This document shows positions 1 through 13,800 of a stretch of 64,000 nt of DNA, piece by piece; position 1 is the stretch's first letter, and each line of letters begins with the position of its first letter. This DNA comes from Mobula hypostoma (Eukaryota). The translations under genes and the position numbers were made by a program. A model generated the notes under the pieces. It made no database searches. It saw nothing but the letters and a program-made list of their open reading frames with translations, and was not told where the DNA came from. The stretch lies in contig NC_086097.1 in assembly GCF_963921235.1 (NCBI RefSeq), positions 197,100,001 through 197,164,000 of the forward strand, given 5' to 3'.

Positions 1-707
1 CTTGCCCTACTTTGGAAACTTTTTGGAGAGATATTTTCAATATTATTTCTAAGGTATTAAATATAGATATCTCTCCTCACCCTATTACTGCTATCTTTGG
101 ACTACCTAAAATTTCTAGTAATCTTTCCCCTTCAGCCCGTAGAATGATTGCATTTCTTACTTTAATGGCGAAAAGATGTATTTTACAACATTGGAAAGAG
201 CTTAATGCTCCAACTACCTTTTTTTGGTTTTCTCAGACGATTTTATGTTTGAATCTGGAGAAAATTAGAAGTAACCTTTATGATTCTTCATTTAAATTTG
301 AACAGATTTGGGGACCTTTTATTCGATATTTTCATTTAATGTAATATTTACCCTTCTTGTTTTTTTTTCACTGTTTTAATGGAGGTCGGGATTGAGGACG
401 TGATTTTAAGTTTAACTCTGTTTGGTTTCAAGTTAGCCCATTGCTTTGCTTTGCTTTTAGTTAGTTGCACGGTGGGTTTTTTTTGGGGGGTTTTTTTTTC
501 TTTTTTTTTCCATTGATATATATAAAATCTAGTATACTATTATGTTATCTTGGTTTCTTATGCTTAAATTACATTGTTTGTAGTATTTTCTTTTTGGTAT
601 TGTTATCTTTTGGAATTTTATTATACTTTAACATTGTATTAATGTTTATATGGCTTACCTTTTTTGTATACTTACTCAATAAAAAGATTTAAAAAGAAAG
701 AAAGAAA
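1..707 (+). mobile_element. 3' end of L1/Tx1-clade LINE (ORF2 C-terminus, 3'UTR, tail)
   Basis: ORF to stop at 344 (FW..I...AKRCILQHWK...P....W...LEKI...F...W.PF, typical L1-clade ORF2 C-terminus), T-rich 3'UTR, AATAAA near 678 and an A/(AAAG)n tail. Confidence 0.8.
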
Positions 708-1184
708 TTGCACCAATACTCCCCCAATGGCTCAGACAAATTCCTCATTATTCTTTTTATTTTGCATTGTGCACTTCCCTCTAGGTGTTTGATTTTTAAC
801 AACTTTTTTCAGTATTCAGATTAAAAATATGCTTCAATGTGATTCCTGGCTGACACTAAGAGTGATGATTTCAGCTGAGTAAAGTCCCTTGGATATTTAA
901 GGGAAAAGCCAACAGGCTTCCCACACTTGACCATTATCTAGCAAAAGTGAAATAGTGTCTGAAGATGTCTGTCAGCTGGATAATATCAACTCCAATAACC
1001 GTGTAACACCACCAACATTCCCTCGGATAGTTCACAATGTTAACAATAATTTTGTTAAAGTGAAACCAATATCCTAAGGACACCAGCAGAACAATAATTT
1101 TGCAGAGAAAGGTAAAGACGTGATTAGCTAAGATTAATTGATGGGAAATCACAATGAAGAAAACCAAGTTTGTTAATGAATTGT

Positions 1185-1460
1185 TCTAGTTGCTACCATC
1201 CGGGAAACAGTGCCACAGTATAAAAGCCAGGACCAACAGGCTCTGGGATAGCTTCTTCCACCAGTCCATCAGACTGATTAATTCATGCTGACACAATTGT
1301 ATTTCTATGTTATACTGACTGTCCTGTTGTACATACGATTTATTATAAATTACTATAAATTGCAAATTGCACATTTAGATGGAGATGTAACGTAGATGAA
1401 GACGATTTTTACTCCTCACATATATGAAAGATGTAAGTAATAAAGTCAATTCAATTCATT
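1185..1460 (+). mobile_element. Rex1/Babar LINE 3' fragment
   Basis: Translates LLPSGK..SIKARTNRL.DSFFHQSIRLIN; ends AATAAAGTCAATTCAATTCA. Confidence 0.7.
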
Positions 1461-1779
1461 TCAAGACTTACTTTCATTTAATTAGCTTTAAGTAACTTTC
1501 CCTAATGAAAATAGCTAATTCAGGACACAATTGAGTGATGTGCTTACAAATGTGCTTCAAAATCAAGATGATCAAATGCCACCAACATTTCCTGCATAAC
1601 AATTTCTGTCTCACTTGCCTTCCACTTCAGTTGGCACAATGACCTTCCTGGTTATTTTAAAATATACTTTTGAGTGCTTAATTTCATGATGCTAGAAGCA
1701 TTTTCAACTAACAAAGAACTTAATGATACTTTAATGGAACATCCTTAAAACTACACACAGTAAATTCATATACAATTAC

Positions 1780-1880
1780 CTTTTAAATTTGACTTGACCC
1801 TTCAGGTACTGAAACAATATCAAATATTGCAAAAGGATATGTCGTCTGAAGTTGCTGTCATTCAGTTGTAGGTCCATCAG
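1780..1880 (-). CDS. THOC1: THOC1 exon 12 (101 nt)
   Basis: LMDLQLNDSNFRRHILLQYLILFQYLKGQVKFK; AG/GTAAT. Confidence 0.97.
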
Positions 1881-4800
1881 CTAGTAGTAAAATAGGAAAA
1901 AGAATTACAGGTGAATTTTTGTGAACATATAAACATATGGGATTTTTGTTTTATTTCATTTTCAAAGCCCAGGAAATGAGTTTGGAAAAATAAGGATATT
2001 TGGGCATGGGGTGCTGTAGGAAGGCTAAATGGCATACAGACATCTGTTGGCACGTACTTCCTCAACTGCTCTGCTGCCATGAAAATGAATGGGAGGAGGA
2101 TAAAAAAACATTTTCATTTGTGTTATGTATCTTACTGCTCTGGAAAAGATATCCAACTGAAGCAGAACACGAGGAAATCTGCAGATGCTGGAATTTCAAG
2201 CAACACACATAAAAATTGCTGGTGAACGCATCAGGCCAGGCAGCAATTTTTATGTGTTAACTAAAGCAGAAACCAGTTTCTTAAACAAATACCAAGTTTG
2301 AAATCAGTGGTGAGTCAGAAACAGGATGTACTAAATGACTTTTTAAAAAAATAAACTTCCTAGATGTTAATTCAATTGTACTTATCCATAGAAGTAACAA
2401 ATATTTGGAAGACACCCACATTTAAACGAACTCCCTTCAAAGCATCTCTGCTTTAATCAGAGATAGAAGTTAAGTCGGAAGTCAAGCTTTTATACTTTTA
2501 CATGCAAAAACTGTGAGCAGGCCTGTTCGGATTTTCAGCTGAGCTTGAAATCATTTGTATTAATAGGGAATTGGCAAAAGGTAAAAAAAAATGATAGTTT
2601 TAAGCAGAATGGCCACTATAGGATCGGCCAAAGTTAGAGTGGGGAACTGAAGCTTTGGCTCCAGAGGCTGAGGTTAGATTGAGGTTTCTGTCAAGTATGT
2701 TTCTTTTTATATCTGTGCCTAGCTGGAGCAGCGAAAATGGATCCCAGGACAATTCCTCTTGCAAGATGTAGGAGATCAAGGAGACACCCTTGTATTTTAT
2801 ATGTACTTATGTATATGCAATTGTTTCCTATATTTCCTAGTGGTTACAGTTCCTCTTTATTATTCTGGAAGTCTCTTGATGGCATTTGAAAGTATTACAT
2901 TTGGAGAGGGTCTATCTAATTGGTTAACTCTCATCTACAAATTTGAATGGAATGCCTGTTATCAGCAACTGGTAAAGAAGAGCAGAACATGTAGGTTATC
3001 TCTCTCTCTCTCTCTCCCTTTCTGTTCTTTCTTGCCATTGCTTCTAGATTCTACTCCTGCTACCCTCTTTTCTTAATCTCTTTGTTCTCTTAGTATTTAA
3101 CAAACGATCGTGTGCAACAGCCTCATTCTTGACTTCTGAAGAACCTAGGATCAAAATCATCAGAATCCAACAATGTTATAATCTGTCATGGAACAATTTT
3201 TTGACAGAAAGATGTTGGCAAATAGCCTATGGAATTTCATTAAAACTGCAAACAATAAAATACCTTCTCACTGGTCAAGAATTTAGCAAAGTAAACATGT
3301 TCTTCCCCTGGTGGTTTTAATTCTTCCTGCTTCTTCTTTGAAGCCTGCATATCATCCAACTTGTAGCTTCTGAAAACATCTAACACTTCATCTGAATGCT
3401 GTAACATAAGTTATGGCAGAGAAGGTCAAATTAAAGACATTATCAAAACTTTACAAGCACAAAGAGAAATCTTTAATCTCCTATACAAAAAACGTGGACT
3501 GTGCAATAAAAGAAAACAAACTGAAACAAACTAAATAATTACTTTAAAGTTATTGCAAAAACTTACTGAACGTTTGAAAGTAATAATACCCTGAATTTTT
3601 GGATTGTACTAAGTTTAGCACATCATTCAAGTCCAGCTAATTACTTCCCCATCTGGCTTGTTGATGGGAAGCAGAGGATTGTAGCGGAAGAACATTTTTC
3701 TGACTGGAAGCCTGTAACTAATAGCATACCACAGGGATCAGTGCAGAGAACCTCAGTGACTGGATGTCAATGAAGGAAATATGATTTGTAAATTTGTGGG
3801 TTACACAAAAGTTGGTGGCATTGTGGATACAAAGAAGGTTAAGGGTTAAAATAATCTTGTCTTTAAAACCTTTGCTATTGAGATCAGGATTCCTTAAGCA
3901 AGCACGACTTCTAAACCTGCTTCATCACCAAAGTTTGATGAAGCTCTCCATTCAGTTCTCTGTTCCTGCACTCCTATCAGATTTGCACCATTTGATCTAC
4001 AGTATGTAGTCTCTCATTCTTTTATGCAATAGTTTCAACTGCATTTGTAATTTCAACCAATGTCTTCTTGAAGTCCCCTTGTTACTAACTTTGTTATAAG
4101 CAAACAATAAATATTTATACCATTAATACAAAGTGCATGATTCCATGATTCTCCAGTTTTATCTCCCCTTGTTCAATCCCTTCCTACTTCTGTTCGTGAC
4201 ACTTCTCACGCTCTTAAACTTTTCGATGATTTTAAGTTCCCTGGCCCCCACCGCTATATTTTCACCATGGATGTCCAGTCCCTATATACTTCCATCCCCC
4301 ATCAGGAAGGTCTCAAAGCTCTCCGCTACTTTTTGGATTCCAGAGCTAATCAGTTCCCCTCTACCACCACTCTGCTCCATCTAGCGGAATTAGTCCTTAC
4401 TCTTAATAATTTCTCCTTTGGCTCCTTCCACTTCCTCCAAACTAAAGGTGTAGCTATGGGCACCCGTATGGGTCCTAGCTATGCCTGTCTTTTTGTTGGC
4501 TTTGTGGAACAACCTATTCTGGTATCTGTCTCCCACCTTTCCTTCGCTACATCGACGACTGCATTGGCGCTGCTTCCTGCACACATGCTGAGCTCAATGA
4601 CTTCATTAACTTTGCCTCCAACTTTCACCCTGCCCTCAAATTTACCTGGTCCATTTCCGACAACTCCCTCCACTTTCAAGATCTTTCTGTCTCTATCTCT
4701 GGAGACAGCTTATCTACTGATGTCTACTATAAGCCTACTGACTCTCACAGCTATCTGGACTATTCCTCTTCTCACCCTGTCTCTTGAACAAATGCCATCC

Positions 4801-7800
4801 CTTCTCGCAATTCCTCCGTCTCCGCCGCATCTGCTCTCAGGATGAGGCTTTTCATTCCAGAACAAGGGAGATGTCCTTTTTTAAAGAAAGGGGCTTCCCT
4901 TCCTCCACCATCAACTCTGCTCTCAAACGCATCTCCCCCATTTCACGCACATCTGCTCTCACTCCATCCTCCCGTTACCCCACTAGGAATACGGTTCCCC
5001 TGGTCCTCACCTACCACTCCACCAGTCTCAGGGTCCAACATATTATTCTCCGTAACTTCCGCCACCTCCAACGGGATCCCACCACTAAGCACTTCTTTAC
5101 CTCCCCACCTCTCTCTGCTTTCCGCAGGATTCGCTCCCTACACGACTCCCTTGTCCATTCGTCCCCCCCATCCCTCCCCACTGATCTCCCTCCTGGCACT
5201 TATCCTTGTAAGCGGAACAAGTGCTACACATGCCCTTACACTTCCTCCCTTACCACCATGCAGGGCCCCAGAAAGTCCTTCCACGTGAGGCAGCACTTCA
5301 CCTGTGAGTTGGCTGGCGTGATATACTGCATCCGGTACTCCCAATGTGGCCTTCTATATATTGGCGAGACCCGACGCAGACTGGGAGATTGTTTTGCTAA
5401 ACACCTACGCTCTGTCCGCCACAGAAAGCAGGATCTCCCAGTGGCCACACATTTTAATTCCACATCCCATTCCCATTCTGACATGTCCATCCATGGCCTC
5501 CTCTACTGTAAAGATGAAGCCACACTCAGGTTGAAGGAACAACATCTTATATTCCGTCTGGGTAGCCTCCAACTTGATGGCATGAACAGTGACGTCTCTA
5601 ACTTCTGCTAATGCCCCACCTCCCCCTCGTACCCCATCCGTTATTTATTTATATACACATATTCTTTCTCTCTCGCTCTCTCCTTTTTCTCCCTCTGTCC
5701 CTCTGACTATACCCCTTGCCCATCCTCTGGGTTTCTCCCCCCCATCCCCCTTTTCCTTCTCCCTGGGCCTCCTGTCCCATGATCCTCTCATATCCCTTTT
5801 GCCAATCACCTGTCCAGCTCTTGGCTCCATCCCTCCCCCTCCTGTCTTCCCCTATCATTTTGGATCTCCCCCTCCCCCTCCCACTTTCAAATTTCTTACT
5901 AGCTCTTCCTCCAGTTAGTCCTGATGAAGGGTCTTGGCCCGAAACGTCGACTGTACCTCTTCCTAGAGATGCTGCCTGGCCTGCTCCGTTCACCAGCAAC
6001 TTTGATGTGTGTTGCTTGAATTTCCAGCATCTGCAGAATTCCTGTTGTTTGCACTTCTGCTGGAAGCCCTTTCCACACAGCTACTACTCTCTGAGTAAAG
6101 AAGTTCCCCCTCATGTTACCCCTAAACTTTTGCCCTTTAACTCTCAACTCATGTCCTCCTGTTTGAACCTCCCCCACTCTCAATGGAAAAAGCCTATCCA
6201 CGTCAACTCTATCTATCCCCCGCATAATTTTAAATACCTCTATCAAGTCCCCCCTCAACCTTCTACGCTCCAAAGAATAAAGACCCAACTTGTTCAAACT
6301 TTCTCTGTAACTTAGGTGATGAAACCCAGGTAACACTCTAGTAAATCTTCTCTGCACTCTCTCTATTTTGTAGACATCTTTCCTATAATTCGGTGACCAG
6401 AACTGTACACAATACTCCAAATCTGGCCTTACCAATGCCTTATACAGTTTTAACATTACATCCCAACTCCTATACTCAATGCTCTGATTTATAAAGGCCA
6501 GCATACCAAAAGCTTTCTTCACCACCCTATCCACATGATATTCCACCTTCAGGGAACTATGCACCATTATCCCTAGATCCCTCTGTTCTACTGCATTCTT
6601 CAATGCCCTACCATTTACCATGTATGTCCTATTTTGATTAGTCCTACCAAAATGTAGCACCTCACATTTTTCAGCATTAAACTCCATCTGCCATCTTTCT
6701 AATTGGCCTAAATCTCTCTGCAAGCTTTGAAAACCTACTTCATTATCCACAACTCCACCTATCTCAGTATCATCTGCATACTTACTAATCCAATTTACCA
6801 CCCCATCATCCAGACCATTAATATATTGGGTTCAGGTGTAATTTGTCCTTTCTGCACAGGTCATACCTTCCCTGGAAGAGATCCCAATGACGCAGAAATC
6901 TGAAGTCCTGCCCCCTGCACCATTTCATCTGCCAAGACATTCTATTCTAGCTCTCACTGCCATGTGGCACAGGCAACAATCCAGACATTACTATCCTTGA
7001 GGTATTAGTTTTCATTTTTCTACCCAACTTATAATATTCTCTCCTCATAGCCTCTTCCCTTTTCTTAATAATGCCATTGGTACTACTATGTACCATGACT
7101 TCTGGCTGCTCCTCCTTCACCTTTTGAATGCTGTGGAACTGATCTGAGACATTCCTGACCCTGGAACCTGGGAGGCAACCTTCTGGGTGTTTCTCTCCTT
7201 GTATCTACTCTTCTAACTCTAGAATCCCCCATCACTACTGCACTTCTCTCCTTCCCACTTCTCCTCTGAGTCACAGAGCCAGACTCAGTGCCACAGACCC
7301 CGTTGCTGCGGTTTCCTCCTAACAGTTGGTCATTCCTCCAACAGTTTCCAAAGCGGTATACTTTTTTTAAAAAATTGTTCAAAGATAATTTATCATCGAA
7401 GTACATATGCCACCATATACAACACAGATTCATTTCCTTGCAGGGATTCACAATAAATATAAAAAACATAATAGAATCAGTGAAAGACTGTACCCAACAC
7501 GACGGACAAACAATGTGCAAAAGACAACAAACTGTGCAAATACAAAAAAAATTTAAACAAGCAATAAAATATCACAGGATGTGGGAATAGTTCAGTGATG
7601 GATGAGTGATCTCGAGTGAAGTTATCTATTCTGTTTCAAGAGCCTGATGGTTGAGGGTCACAGAGTTGAACGGTTACAGGGGTACTCTGCACTGGCTGCC
7701 TATTCCCTTTCCCCTCTCCTGACAGTCACCCAGATACCCGCCTCCTGCAACTTAGAGATGACTATCTCTCTGTAGCTCCTACCTATCACTTCCTCATCCT

Positions 7801-10800
7801 CCCGTTGAGCTGAAGGTCATCAAGCTGAAGCTCCAGTTCCTTAACACAGTCTTGAATAAGCTGCAGCTCAATGCACTTCGTGCAGATGTGGTTATCAGGG
7901 AAACTGGAGGTCTCCAGAGTTCCCACATCTCACACAAAAAAACACACCAATAACCCCTAGACACATTTTCACCACATACTAAAGAAAGAGGAAAGAAAAA
8001 CTTACTAGAAACTTAGTTAGAACCTCCGCTTGTTCTCACTTAAGCCTGTTGAACCAAAGCCTGACCACTCTAATTTGTGAATCTCAAGGTAGTATATGAC
8101 TATAAGATCATAAAATATTCTGCTCATCAAGTCCACTCCACCATTCCATAATGGCTGATTTATTATCCCTCTCAACCCCATTCTCTGGCCTTCTCCCTGT
8201 AACCTTTGATGTCCTGATTAATGAAGAACCTATCAACTTTTGCCTTAAATATCTCCAATGACATGACCTGCACAACCGTCTGTGGCAATGAATTCTGCAG
8301 ATTCACCATCCCCTGGCTAAAGAAAATTTTCCTCACCTGTTCTAAATGGATGACCCTCAATTCTGAGGCTGTGCCCTCAGGTCCTAGACTCCCTCACTAT
8401 TGGAAAACCACTCTCCACGTCCACTTTATCCAGATCTTTCAACATACGATAGGTTGCAATGAAATTGCAATGAAACCCCTCATCTCCGCCATTCTTCTTA
8501 ACTCTGGTGAGTACAGGCCAAGACCATCAAACTTTCATTCCTGGGACCATTCTCATGAACCTCCTCTGGACCCTCTCCAATGCCAGTATATCTTTTATCA
8601 CACAAGGGGCCCAAAACTGCTCACAATACTCCAAGGGCAGCCTGACCAATGCCTTATAAAGCCTCAGCATTACATCCTTGCTTTTACATTCTCGTCCTCT
8701 TGAAATGAATGCTACCATTGTATTTGCCTTCCTCACCACCGACTCAACCTGCAAGTTAACCTTTAGGGAATCCTACACAAGGACTCCCAAGTCCCTCTGC
8801 ACCTCCTATTATTGAAATTTTCCTCATTTAGAAAATAGTCCACACCTTTATGCCTTATACCAAAGTGCATCACCATGCACTTCTGTACATTATATTCCAT
8901 CTGCCGCTACTTTGCCCATTCCCCCAATCTATCCAAGTCCTTCTGCAGACACCCTGCTTCCTTAACACTACCTGCTCCTGCACCCTGTTCGTATCACCAC
9001 AAATTTGGCCACAAACCCATCAATTCCAAGGGCTCTTATCTTATGTGCGGCACACTGCCAAAGGCCTTCTGAAAATAAACAACATCCACTGACTTTCCTT
9101 TGTCTATCCTGCCTGTTATTTCGTCAAAGAATTCCAAAAGATTTGTCAGACAAGAGTTCCCCTTTAGAAAAGCATGCTGACTTTGGCCTATTTTACCATG
9201 TGCCTTCAAGTACCACAAAACCTCATCCTTAATAATAGACAGCTACATACTGCCAACCACTGAAGTCAGGCTAACTGGCCTCTAATTTCCTTTCTTATGA
9301 GTCCCTCCCCTCTTAAGGAGTGGAGTAACATTTGCATTTTTCCTGTCAACTGGAACCATTCCAGAATCTAGTGATTCTTGAAAGATCATTACTAATACCT
9401 CTACAATCTCTTCAGCTACTTCTTTCAGAAACCTGGGGCATAGACCATCTGATTTACCTGCCTTCAGGCTTTTCAGCTTCTCAAGCATCTCCTTCTTACT
9501 AATAGCAGTTCACACACTTATGCACCCTGACACTCTTACATTTCTAGCATTCTGCTAGAGTCTTCTACAGTGAAGACTGACACAAAATACTGAATAAATT
9601 CCTCCACATTTCTTTGTTCCCCATTACTACCGCTCCAGTGTAATGTTTTTTGCATCCTCTTAACTTCGGAGTTCATCTTTTCTCTTTATGGGTTTTTTTA
9701 GTTGCCTTCTGTTGGTTTTTAAAAGCTTCCCAATCCTCTACCTTCCCATTAATTTTTCCTCTATTGTAAGACCTCTCTTTTGCTTTTATGCTGTCTTTGA
9801 CTTCCCCTGTCATCTATGGTTGCCTCATCCTCCCCTTAGAATACTTCATCTTTGCGATGTATCTTTCCTGCACCTTCCAAATTTCCCCCCTAAACACCAG
9901 CTCTTGCTGCTCTGCCGTCATCCCTGCTAGTGTCACTTTCCAATCAACTTTGGCCAGCTCCTCACAAACAAGAGAAAATCTGCAGATGCTGGAAATCTGA
10001 GCAAAACACACAAAATGCTGATGTCGACTGTACTATTTTCCTAGATGCTGCCTGGTTTGCTGAGTTCCTCCAGCATTTTGTGTGTGTTACTTGGCCAGCT
10101 CCTCTTTCATAGCTGTGTAATTCCCAGTATTCCACTGTAATACCGATACATTCGATTTTATCTTCTCTTTTCCAAATGCCATGAATTCTATCACTGCCTC
10201 CTGAGGGTTCCTTTACCCTAAGCTTTCTAATCAATCCAGAATTGCCATTGCGGACTCAAGCACAAGGTGCTCTAAAAAGCCATCTCGTAAGTATTCTACA
10301 AATTCCCTCTCTTGGGATCCAGCACCAACCAGGCTTTTCCAATCTACCTGCATATTAAAATTCCCTATAATTATTGTAACATTGCCCTTTTCAGATGCCT
10401 TTTCTAACTCCCATTTTAATTTGTAGCCCACATCCTGATTACTGTTTGGAGGGCTGTACATAACTGCCATCAGGGTCTTTTTACCCTTACAGTTTCTTAT
10501 CTCTACCCACAAGGATTCTACATCTTCTGATCATAAGTTACTCCTTTCCAAACATTTGATTTCATTTTTTACCTGAAGAGCCACCCACCCTGTCTGCCTA
10601 CCTTCCTGTCCTGATACAACGTATAACCTTGGATGTTAAGCTTCCAACTATGATCTTTTTCCAACCACAACTCGCAGATGCCCATGCCATACTTACCAAT
10701 CAATCTCTAATTGCGCCGCAAGATCATCTATCTTATTCTGTATATCACATTACATTAGATTTTTTTAGATTAAATTCAATTTTTTTGTCATTGTGCCGAG

Positions 10801-13800
10801 TCCAGATACAAAGCCAATGAAATGCAGTTAGCATCTAACCAGAAATGCAAAGAACAGTGTTATTTACAAAATAACTGCGAATAAAAAGTAAGTGCTACAG
10901 CACACAAATACAGAAGTACTGAGACAGTACAACGTGGATGCAATACTGCTTAGCGCTGTGATGACAGGTTCAGCAGGGTCACAGCCTCAGGGAAGAAGCT
11001 CTTCCTGTGCCTGCTGATGCGGGAGCAGAGGCTACTGGATGGGAGGAGAGTAAAAAAATCCATGGTTAGGGTGAGATGCGTCCTTGATAATGCTTTTCAC
11101 CCTGCCCAGGCAGCGTTTATGGTAGACGTTCTCAACAGTGGGCAACTGGGTACCGATAATCCGCCAGGCAGTTTTCACCACACGCTGGAGTTCTTTGTGG
11201 TCTGATACAGGACAATTGCCATACCACACTGAGATGCAGTTATGCATTCAAATATAACAGCTTCAGTCCTGTATTCACCACCCTTTTTGATTTTGGCCAC
11301 TATTGCACTTTAATTCATTTCACTGATTGCAACTTTGCCCTACCACCTGCCTGTCCTTCCTCACAGCCCCACTACTCAATGCACCAACTGTTCCAACCTC
11401 AGCCCTATCACTCTGGTTCCCATGTCCGTACCAAATTAGTTTATACTCTTTCCAACAGCCCCAGCAAGCCTGTCCACAAGGATATTGGTCGCCCTTGGGT
11501 TCAGGTGTCACTAATCCTTTTTGTACAGATCACATCCTCCCCAGAAGAGATCCCAATGATCCAAAAATCTGAAGCCCTGCCCCCTGCAACGATTTTCAGC
11601 ATCGCATCCATCTGCCAAGTCATCCTTTTCTATTCCTCACTGGCACGTAGCATAGGCAGCAATCTGAGATTACTTCTCTGGAGATCCTGTTTTCAGCTGT
11701 CTGCCAAACTCCCTAAATTCTTTCTTCAGGACCTCCCTTTTCCTACCTTTGTTGTTGGTAACACATAATAGTTTGATAATAAATTTACTTAAGCACTCCA
11801 TATGTGCTCTCATGCAGTTTGAAAATGTTGGCCTGCTTGCTTTCTTTTGATGGTACTCTGTCTCTTGATAGACAAGGAATTTTTAAAAATCTATAACTGC
11901 AACTTAAGGACTTCCAGACAAAAGAATGGTGTCGTGCAACAAACGAAATTTACCTTCAAAAATGTTTTCCAAGACATTTTGTCATAACACTGCACTGGAT
12001 TTCTGAAAAAGTCCTGGAGTGACCAAAATTTCCGGTACAGGTTGTAATCAATTGGAACAGAGCTATTTACAGTACAAAAAGAAAGGAGAATTCAGAATAG
12101 TTTATTTTACTCATGACAAAACTGTAATGCTTCACAGGTTGTACACACCTTCATATTAGTGAAAAAACACACTTTATTCAACCAGGACAACCAAAGTGAC
12201 CTATAAACAATATAAAGGTAACTACTAAAAAATGGAAGGCCTGTTCTGTACTAGCCTGTAATATAATGTACAGGAAGATTACATTCACTAATTCACATTT
12301 AAAAGTCATTTTTAAAATTTTAAGAGAAACAATTCAGTTGTTGTATCCTGGCCTTACACTGCAGCAGATTTTTATTGCAAGCATCTCCTTGACCTTTAGT
12401 AACATTCTGAACATACTTCAATTACAGAACATGGAACAGTTCAGTACAGGAACAGGCACTTCAACCCACAACGCTGTGCCAAACCAATTAAATAAATAAT
12501 CAAATGGTCAACCCAACTATTCCCTTCTACCTACACAATGTCCTTATCCTTCCATTTTCCTCACATTCATGCGCCAATTTAAACACATCTTAAGAAGTCC
12601 CCAATGTATCATGCACTGCCACCCTAAGGCAGTGCATTCCAGGCACTCATCACTCTGATAAAAAAACACTGCCACTCACATCTCCTTTGAACTTACCCCT
12701 CTCACCTTAAATGCATGCCCTCTGGTATTAGACGTTTCAACACTGGGATGAAGATACTGTCGGCCTCCTCTATCTATGCCTGTCATAATGTAACAAATTA
12801 GATCTCCTCTCAGCCTCCGCTACTCCACCGAAAACAACCCAATTTTTCCCAACCTCACATTATAACATATGCCCTCTAATCCAGACAACATCCTGGTCAA
12901 CCTCTTCTGCACCCTCTCCAAAGCGTCAACATAACTTCTTGTAATAGGCCGACCAGAACTATATGCAATACTACATATGTGGCCTAAATAGTTTTATAAA
13001 GCTACACCATGGATAGGCTTTTTCCATTGAGAGTGGGGGAGGTTCAAACAGGAGGACATGAGTTGAGAGTTAAAGGGCAAAAGTTTAGGGGTAACATGAG
13101 GGGGAACTTCTTTACTCAGAGAGTGGTAGCTGTGTGGAACGAGCTTCCAGCAGAAGTGGTTGAGGCAGGTTCAATGTTGTTGTTTAAAGTTAAATTGGAC
13201 AGCTATATGGACAGGAAAGGAATGGAGGGTTATGGGCTGAGTGCAGGTCGGTGGGACTAGGTGAGAGTAAGAGTTTGGCATGGACTAGAAGGGCCGGGAT
13301 GGTCTGTTTCCGTGCTGTAATTGTTATATGGTTATATAACTTCCCGGCCTTTGAACTCAGTGCCTTGACTAATGAAGGCAAGTATTTCAGCATATGCCTT
13401 CTTAACCACCCCATTAACTTGCATTGCCACTATCAGGGAGTTGTGAACTTGAACTTGAAAGATGCCTAGGCTCATCTTGGAGTGTCTGCCTCTTTACATT
13501 TGACCAACCAAGGTGCAACACTTTACAATTACCCAGGTTAGAATCCATCTGCCATTTCTCCACCTTGATCTGCAACTGGTCTAAATACTGTTGTATTCTT
13601 TGCCAATCTTCTATGCTATCCACACCACCACCAATCTTCGTATCACCTGCAAACTTACTAAATCATGCATCTGGGTTATCATCCTATCATCCAGGTCTTC
13701 TCTATACATCACAAACATCAGAGGTTCCAGTACAGATCCCTGTGGAATACCACTAATCAAAGATCTCTGGCTAGGTTAAGTGCCTTCAACCACTATCATC

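Larger units (their letters stand above)
8100..11760 (-). mobile_element. Decayed CR1 LINE (ORF1 end + APE endonuclease + RT) with nested insertions
   Basis: Fragmented ORFs WVEIRNCKGKKTL, KEVAEEIV..L..IFQ.SLDSG.VP, SCLTNLLEFF, LYKALVR..LEYC. Confidence 0.88.

Noticed and set aside
708..1779. THOC1 exon 13
   Set aside because: No segment encoding the expected next peptide with splice sites was found; it presumably lies left of the window
4785..4787. In-frame TGA in the Penelope ORF (HPVS*TNAIP) as possible selenocysteine, as in some Naiad-type elements
   Set aside because: The copy has neighbouring frameshifts and no SECIS was recognised; ordinary decay is more parsimonious
5589..6315. Pro/Ser-rich and Gly/Arg-rich ORFs here and at 18228-19153
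   Set aside because: Translations of the low-complexity Penelope 3' region in various frames
5899..6801. 300-aa ORF as a novel fusion protein
   Set aside because: Chance read-through from a CR1 RT fragment into the antisense Penelope terminus
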